Positions 5,509 through 10,261 of a DNA stretch of 10,261 nucleotides are shown one piece after another (positions within the stretch are counted from its first letter, which is position 1; each line of letters opens with the position of its first letter). The stretch spans positions 1 to 10,261 of the forward strand of contig CATMOE010000094.1 in assembly GCA_950072105.1 (NCBI GenBank), written 5' to 3'. This DNA comes from an uncultured Dehalococcoidia bacterium (lineage in GTDB: Bacteria; Chloroflexota; Dehalococcoidia; Lucifugimonadales; UBA3495). The translations under genes and the position numbers were made by a program. Under the pieces are notes generated by a model. It was not told where the DNA came from. It ran no database searches and saw only the letters and a program-made list of their open reading frames with translations.

Positions 5509-8500
5509 ATGAACTCAAGCTACGCCGAACTGCATTGCCACAGCAATTACTCATTCCAGGAGGGGGCCTCATCGGTTGAGGACCTGCTGTTTCGCGCCAA
5601 GGATCTGGGCTACCGGGCTTTGGCCCTTACCGACCACGACAATCTGTGCGGGGCCATGCACTTCGCCCAGGTTGCCCGGACCCTGGAGATTCAAACCATC
5701 ACCGGAGCGGAGATCACCCTCGATGACGGCTCCCACCTCACCCTGCTGGCCGAGACGCAGCAAGGGTACAGCAACCTGTGCAACATCATCTCCTACTCCT
5801 ACATATCCGGCGGCCGCAAAAACCCGGCCTTCGACATCAAGCACTTGTCCGAGATGGCTCAAGGACTCATTCTGCTTACCGGATGCCGTCAGGGACAGAT
5901 CCCCAGCCTGGTAACGGAGGGTCGCCACCGGGAGGCCGAGGACCTGTTGCGGCAGTACCTAGACTGGTTCGGCACGGCCAACGTCTTCGTGGAACTGCAA
6001 CACAACCTGGTCCAGGGAGACACTCCACGCATCCGGCAGCTGGTGGCCTTGGCGAATAGATACGGCGTCTCTCCAGTCGCGACCAATAACGTTCACTACC
6101 ACATCCCGGAACGCCACCGGCTCCAGGACGCCCTGGTGGCCATCAGCCACAACCAGAGCCTGGAAGAAACCCACCGGCAGCGCCGGCCCAACCGCCATTT
6201 CCACCTCAAGTCTCCGGAGGAAATGGCGGAGCTGTTCCTGGAGTGTCCCCAGGCCGTTAAAAACACTCTGCGTATCGCCGACCGGTGCGGCTTCGATATC
6301 ACCAGGGACATGGGGTACCGCTTCCCCGATTACCCGGTGCCTGAAGGGTTCACTCCCCAAAGCTTCCTGGAGCACCTGTGCCTCCAGGCCGCCAAGCGCC
6401 GCTACGGCAGCATCACCGATAGGGTGCAAAACCGGCTGGACGAAGAGTTACGTCTGATAAATAGGCACAACCTGTCGGGGTTTTTCCTGATCTACTACGA
6501 AATCATACAGATGGCCCGGGAGATCATGATAGAGCTTGGCCTGAGCGACGTGGAGATACCCTTGGAAGAGCGCCCTCCCGGAAGAGGCCGCGGTTCTTCA
6601 GTGTCCATGCTGGTGGGCTACTTGATCGGCTTGTCTCACATCGACCCCCTGAAATACAACCTCTCTCTGGAACGTTTTCTCTCCGACGATATGGGCTCCG
6701 TCCCCGATATAGACCTGGACTTTCCCCGGAACATCCGGGAGGAGTTGATCAAACGCGTGCATGAAAAGTGGGGCTGGGACCACGCCGCTCTCTCCGGAAT
6801 GATCAGCACCTACAAGATGAAGGGGGCGATACGGGACCTGGGTAAGGCGTTGGGGTTACCCAAGCAAGACGTGGACAAGCTGGCCAAGAGGGTGGATGCC
6901 CACAGCGCCCGGGAACTAAAGCTGGAGATGCAGGAGTTACCCGAGTTTCGGGACAAGACCGATGCCCCGGTCTGGCGCGACCTCATCGACCTGGCGGACC
7001 AACTGGATGGGTTTCCCAAGTACCTGGCCCAGCACCCCGGCGGCATGATCATCAGCTCTTCCCCCCTCACCGACATGGTTCCGGTGCAGCAGTCGGCCAT
7101 CGACGACCGCTACATCTGCCACTGGGACAAGGACAGCATCGACCAGGCCGGTTTCGTGAAGATCGACTTCCTGGCCCTAGGGGCGCTGTCTCAGATGCAA
7201 GAATGCCTTCAGCTTATCGAGGAGCGGGACGGTCACTACATCGACCTGAGCCGCATCGACTTTGACGACCAGGCAGTCTACGGAATGATGCACCAGGCCG
7301 ACACCATCGGAATATTCCAGGTGGAGTCGGCGGCCCAGATGCAGACCGTCCCCCGCATCAGACCCGTCAACCTCACCGACATGGCCTACGAGGTAGGAGC
7401 GGTCCGCCCCGGAGTCGGCGTCAACGACGGTGTCACCCAGTTCATACAACGGCGCACCCAGGGCATTCCATGGGACTACGACCACCCATTGGAACAGCGG
7501 GCCCTGGAGCGGACCTTGGGGATTATCCTCTTCCAGGATCAGGTGAACCATGTGGCGCGGGACGTAGCCGGATTCACTCCCCTTGAGGCCGACCAACTCC
7601 GCCGGGCCTTCGGCCGTAAGCATAACCAGTCTCTGATCGCTTTTTACTGGGAAAAGTTCCTTCAAGGAGCCAGTGAGCGGGGCGTTCCCGGAGACGTGGC
7701 CGAGAAGATATTCAAAAAATTCAATGGACAGTACATGTTTCCCGAGTCCCACGCCTTCGCCTTTGGCGCAACGGCCTACCACATGGCCTGGCTTAAGTAC
7801 TACCATCCGTTGGAGTTCTTTGTCGCCATCTTCAACCAGCAACCCATGGGATTCTACAACACAGAGACTCTAAAAGAGGACGCTAGGCGGCATGGCATCA
7901 CCGTCATTAACCCCGACATCAACCTTAGCATGGAAAAGTGCACCATAGTGAGTGGTGTACGCCCCCCCTTTGATCCCCCCTTCGTAAGGGGGGAAATAGG
8001 GAGATACACAAAGGAGGAGAGAGGCGAGTCTAATAGCTCTCCTTTCGTAAAGGGGGGTTGGAGGGATTTCCGGCCTTCACCCCCTACCCCCTCTCCTTCA
8101 GGGAGAGGGGAGGCCGAAGGCCGGGGTGAGGGCTGCGATGCCCTCCTCTTAGGCTTTCTCTACGTGAAAGGCGTGGGAAAATCTGCGGCGTCCTCCATAG
8201 TCCAGACAAGAGACAGCGGACGACCGTTCAGCGACCTGGGCGACGCCATGGAACGGACCGGGTTGCAGCGGGAAGCCCTGGAGAACCTGGTAGCCGCCGG
8301 AGCCTTCGACTCCCTGACTCCAGACCGGCGGAATGCGTTGTGGGAGGTGGGGTTGCGTTACCGCCCACATGGCTATCAACAAGCGCTGCCTCTTCCCGTT
8401 GAGCAGGACATGGCCGAACTGCCCAAACAGACCGACTGGGAAATTATGATGGACGAATACCGCACCATGCGGCTTCATCCCAAGGGACACTTGATGACCA

Positions 8501-8832
8501 TGCTGCGGCCTTACCTGGGCCAGGATGTGTTAAGCAGCCAGGACCTTCTGGGACGGGCCGATGGCGAAGTGGTGACCGTGGCCGGCATGGTGATCCGTCG
8601 GCAACGCCCCTTGTCCAAGGCTGTGTTTCTCACCCTGGAAGACGAGTTTGGGCACATCCCCATCGTGGTATGGCCCCAGGCTTTCAAGAAGCACCGCATG
8701 GACATAAAGGAGCCGGTGCTGATAATCCGAGGCCAGGTTTCCCGCCGTGACGGCACCATGAACATAATAGCCCAGCACATTCGAGGCACCCAGGGATTGC
8801 CCCACATGCCCAAGGCCCGTAGCTGGCAGTAG
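5509..8832 (+). CDS. dnaE2: Error-prone DNA polymerase III alpha subunit DnaE2 (ImuC), with an in-frame repeat-derived insertion
   Basis: PHP domain (YAELHCHSNYSF, ALTDHD, ATNNVHY), GRGRGSS, catalytic PDIDLDF and KIDFL, FPESHA, NQQPMGFY, OB-fold VAGMVIRRQRP, and C-terminal ARSWQ (variant of the DnaE2 SRxF[HR] motif). Downstream of imuB. Confidence 0.95.
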   Translation: MNSSYAELHCHSNYSFQEGASSVEDLLFRAKDLGYRALALTDHDNLCGAMHFAQVARTLEIQTITGAEITLDDGSHLTLLAETQQGYSNLCNIISYSYISGGRKNPAFDIKHLSEMAQGLILLTGCRQGQIPSLVTEGRHREAEDLLRQYLDWFGTANVFVELQHNLVQGDTPRIRQLVALANRYGVSPVATNNVHYHIPERHRLQDALVAISHNQSLEETHRQRRPNRHFHLKSPEEMAELFLECPQAVKNTLRIADRCGFDITRDMGYRFPDYPVPEGFTPQSFLEHLCLQAAKRRYGSITDRVQNRLDEELRLINRHNLSGFFLIYYEIIQMAREIMIELGLSDVEIPLEERPPGRGRGSSVSMLVGYLIGLSHIDPLKYNLSLERFLSDDMGSVPDIDLDFPRNIREELIKRVHEKWGWDHAALSGMISTYKMKGAIRDLGKALGLPKQDVDKLAKRVDAHSARELKLEMQELPEFRDKTDAPVWRDLIDLADQLDGFPKYLAQHPGGMIISSSPLTDMVPVQQSAIDDRYICHWDKDSIDQAGFVKIDFLALGALSQMQECLQLIEERDGHYIDLSRIDFDDQAVYGMMHQADTIGIFQVESAAQMQTVPRIRPVNLTDMAYEVGAVRPGVGVNDGVTQFIQRRTQGIPWDYDHPLEQRALERTLGIILFQDQVNHVARDVAGFTPLEADQLRRAFGRKHNQSLIAFYWEKFLQGASERGVPGDVAEKIFKKFNGQYMFPESHAFAFGATAYHMAWLKYYHPLEFFVAIFNQQPMGFYNTETLKEDARRHGITVINPDINLSMEKCTIVSGVRPPFDPPFVRGEIGRYTKEERGESNSSPFVKGGWRDFRPSPPTPSPSGRGEAEGRGEGCDALLLGFLYVKGVGKSAASSIVQTRDSGRPFSDLGDAMERTGLQREALENLVAAGAFDSLTPDRRNALWEVGLRYRPHGYQQALPLPVEQDMAELPKQTDWEIMMDEYRTMRLHPKGHLMTMLRPYLGQDVLSSQDLLGRADGEVVTVAGMVIRRQRPLSKAVFLTLEDEFGHIPIVVWPQAFKKHRMDIKEPVLIIRGQVSRRDGTMNIIAQHIRGTQGLPHMPKARSWQ
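7962..7995 (+). repeat. Palindromic repeat type A variant, copy 4 (intragenic)
   Basis: C-tract followed by the TCCCCCCTT-CGT-AAGGGGGGA hairpin. Encodes PPFDPPFVRGE within DnaE2. Confidence 0.75.
8037..8070 (-). repeat. Palindromic repeat type A, copy 5 (intragenic)
   Basis: The reverse complement of 8041-8071 is identical over 31 nt to 10120-10150. Encodes SPFVKGGWRDF. Confidence 0.9.
8071..8135 (+). repeat. Palindromic repeat type B (intragenic, branched)
   Basis: Outer stem 8071-8083/8123-8135 encloses CCCCTCTCCT-TCA-GGGAGAGGGG and GGCC-GAA-GGCC. Encodes PSPPTPSPSGRGEAEGRGEG. Confidence 0.8.
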
Positions 8833-8844
8833 CAAAATCTCCGA

Positions 8845-8872
8845 TTGACACCCTTTGCCCCGATGCTACAAT
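8845..8872 (+). promoter_or_regulatory. Sigma70-type promoter of the LLM gene
   Basis: TTGACA (8845-8850), 16 bp, TACAAT (8867-8872) with extended TGn. GGAGG RBS at 8897-8901. Confidence 0.75.
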
Positions 8873-8908
8873 TGCCACGCTCTTAGATAGACCACCGGAG
8901 GCGCGCCG

Positions 8909-10093
8909 ATGCAGGTGTTCGGATTCGACCTGCTCCCCTACCCGGAGCACCTGGACCATCTCAAAGTAGACGGCGAGTTGCCATACCCCCTGCCCAAGCG
9001 GCATTTCCGCCCGGAATCAGCCGTGAGCAACTACAAGGAGCATCTTGACGCCTGGGCGCTGATGGACAAATTGGGCTTCGACGGTTTGGGTTTCAACGAG
9101 CATCACACCTCGCCTTATGGAATGATGCCCTCTCCCAACCTCATAGCGGCGGCGGCCTCCCAAAGAACCGATCGGATGAAGCTCCTCATCTACGGCAACT
9201 GCTTGCCGATCCACGAGCCGCTACGGTTGGCGGAAGAACTGGCGATGTTGGACTGTCTTACCGACGGCCGCCTGATCTCGGGATTTGTCCGGGGAATCCC
9301 CCGGGAATACGTTGCCTACGGCGTAGACCAGGGAGAATCCAGAGCCCGCTTCCAGGAGGCCTGGGAAATCATCAAGCTGGCCTGGTCGGAAGAGGTATTT
9401 TCGTACAAAGGGGATTTCTGGAGTTACACCGACGTGGCGATCTGGCCTCGGCCGGTGCAACAGCCCCGTCCGCCGGTCTGGGTGCCGGTGACGGTCAGCA
9501 AAGAGACCATCGAGTGGGCCGGGCGAGAGAACATCCCCATAACCCCCGGGGCCAACGCCACCCTGGCGGTAAGACAAGACATGATCCGCTTCTACGCCGA
9601 GTGCCTCGCCAAGAACGGCCACACTATCACACCCGATCACGTGGTCTTGGGGGCCAGCGTGTACGTGGCCGACAGCCGGCAACAGGCGATGGAAGAAGCG
9701 GGGCCGTACATGCTGTACTTTTTCCACACCCTGTTCAGTCACGGGAACGTGTCCAACGTGACCAACCAGCAACGGAGCGGCTACCGCTCCGAATCAGACT
9801 ACGACTATATCAGGCCGGAGAACCGTGAAGCCTTCATGGGCGCCTTGCAAGGGTTCCGCAGCATGACTCTGGAGGACGTGGAACGCAACGAACGGGTTTG
9901 CTGGGGGTCGCCCGAGGAGGTACGGGACTCATTGATAGCCCTGGCCGATACCTTGGGTGGGGGTACTCTGATGCTTAACTTCAACCAAGGCGCCATGCCC
10001 CATGACATGTTCGTCCGCAACCTGCAACGGTTCGGCGAAGAGGTGCTCCCGGCGCTGCAGGCCCATCAGGTAACAACGGTCCCGATCTCTTAG
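8909..10093 (+). CDS. LLM-class (luciferase-like) flavin-dependent oxidoreductase
   Basis: GFDGLGFNEHH, PSPNLIAAA, PLRLAEELAMLDCLTDGRLISGFVRG, WPRPVQQPRPPVW, GSPEEV, RFGEEVLP. Confidence 0.95.
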   Translation: MQVFGFDLLPYPEHLDHLKVDGELPYPLPKRHFRPESAVSNYKEHLDAWALMDKLGFDGLGFNEHHTSPYGMMPSPNLIAAAASQRTDRMKLLIYGNCLPIHEPLRLAEELAMLDCLTDGRLISGFVRGIPREYVAYGVDQGESRARFQEAWEIIKLAWSEEVFSYKGDFWSYTDVAIWPRPVQQPRPPVWVPVTVSKETIEWAGRENIPITPGANATLAVRQDMIRFYAECLAKNGHTITPDHVVLGASVYVADSRQQAMEEAGPYMLYFFHTLFSHGNVSNVTNQQRSGYRSESDYDYIRPENREAFMGALQGFRSMTLEDVERNERVCWGSPEEVRDSLIALADTLGGGTLMLNFNQGAMPHDMFVRNLQRFGEEVLPALQAHQVTTVPIS

Positions 10094-10120
10094 AACCTAT
10101 CCAAAATCGGCTGGACGGGG

Positions 10121-10155
10121 GAAATCCCTCCAACCCCCCTTTACGAAAGGGGGGC
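10121..10155 (+). repeat. Palindromic repeat type A, copy 6
   Basis: GAAATCCCTCCAACCCCCCTTTACGAAAGGGGGGC, beginning 28 nt after the LLM stop codon. Confidence 0.92.
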
Positions 10156-10167
10156 TTGCCGGTAGCG

Positions 10168-10261
10168 AACGTTCTCCGGGTACTAACGTTCTCCGGGTAC
10201 TAACGTTCTCCGGGTACTAACGTTCTCCGGGTACTAACGTTCTCCGGGTACTAACGTTCTC
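10168..10261. repeat. Perfect 17-bp tandem array (AACGTTCTCCGGGTACT), at least 5.5 copies, truncated by window end
   Basis: Units start at 10168, 10185, 10202, 10219, 10236 and 10253 (partial). No spacers. Stop codons on both strands. Confidence 0.97.

Noticed and set aside
7951..8135. Intein or self-splicing intron in dnaE2
   Set aside because: Too short, no intein C-terminal His-Asn motif, no group I or II intron features, and largely explained by the repeat family.
10135..10155. Rho-independent terminator after the LLM gene
   Set aside because: The hairpin is repeat copy 6 and lacks a U-tract. It may stabilise or end the mRNA but is not a canonical terminator.
10168..10261. CRISPR array
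   Set aside because: Units are 17 bp and directly adjacent, with no unique spacers and no cas genes in the window.

Overview
GC-rich bacterial DNA whose gene content suggests Chloroflexota (Dehalococcoidia/SAR202-like; inference only). The left third carries four minus-strand genes: a membrane-anchored HExxH metallopeptidase, a DinB/YfiT-family gene interrupted by an in-frame TAG, a lipoprotein cyclophilin, and a partial RidA-family gene that the ORF track misses. Divergent from these is a promoter with a LexA-type box between -35 and -10. It precedes an SOS mutagenesis cassette: DUF559 (Vsr-like) endonuclease, catalytically dead Y-family ImuB-like protein, a small standalone ImuB-C-like protein and DnaE2, with no imuA in the window. 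An LLM-class monooxygenase with its own promoter follows. The most notable non-gene structure is a ~35-bp palindromic repeat family (GAAATCCCYCCAACCCCCCTTTACGAAAGGGGGG, six copies). Two copies flank the DUF559 gene as inverted repeats, two are intergenic, and an inverted pair plus a second hairpin type forms an in-frame ~60-codon insertion in dnaE2. The window ends in a perfect 17-bp tandem array whose units create the same GTAC-N4-GTTCT motif as the operon's putative LexA box.
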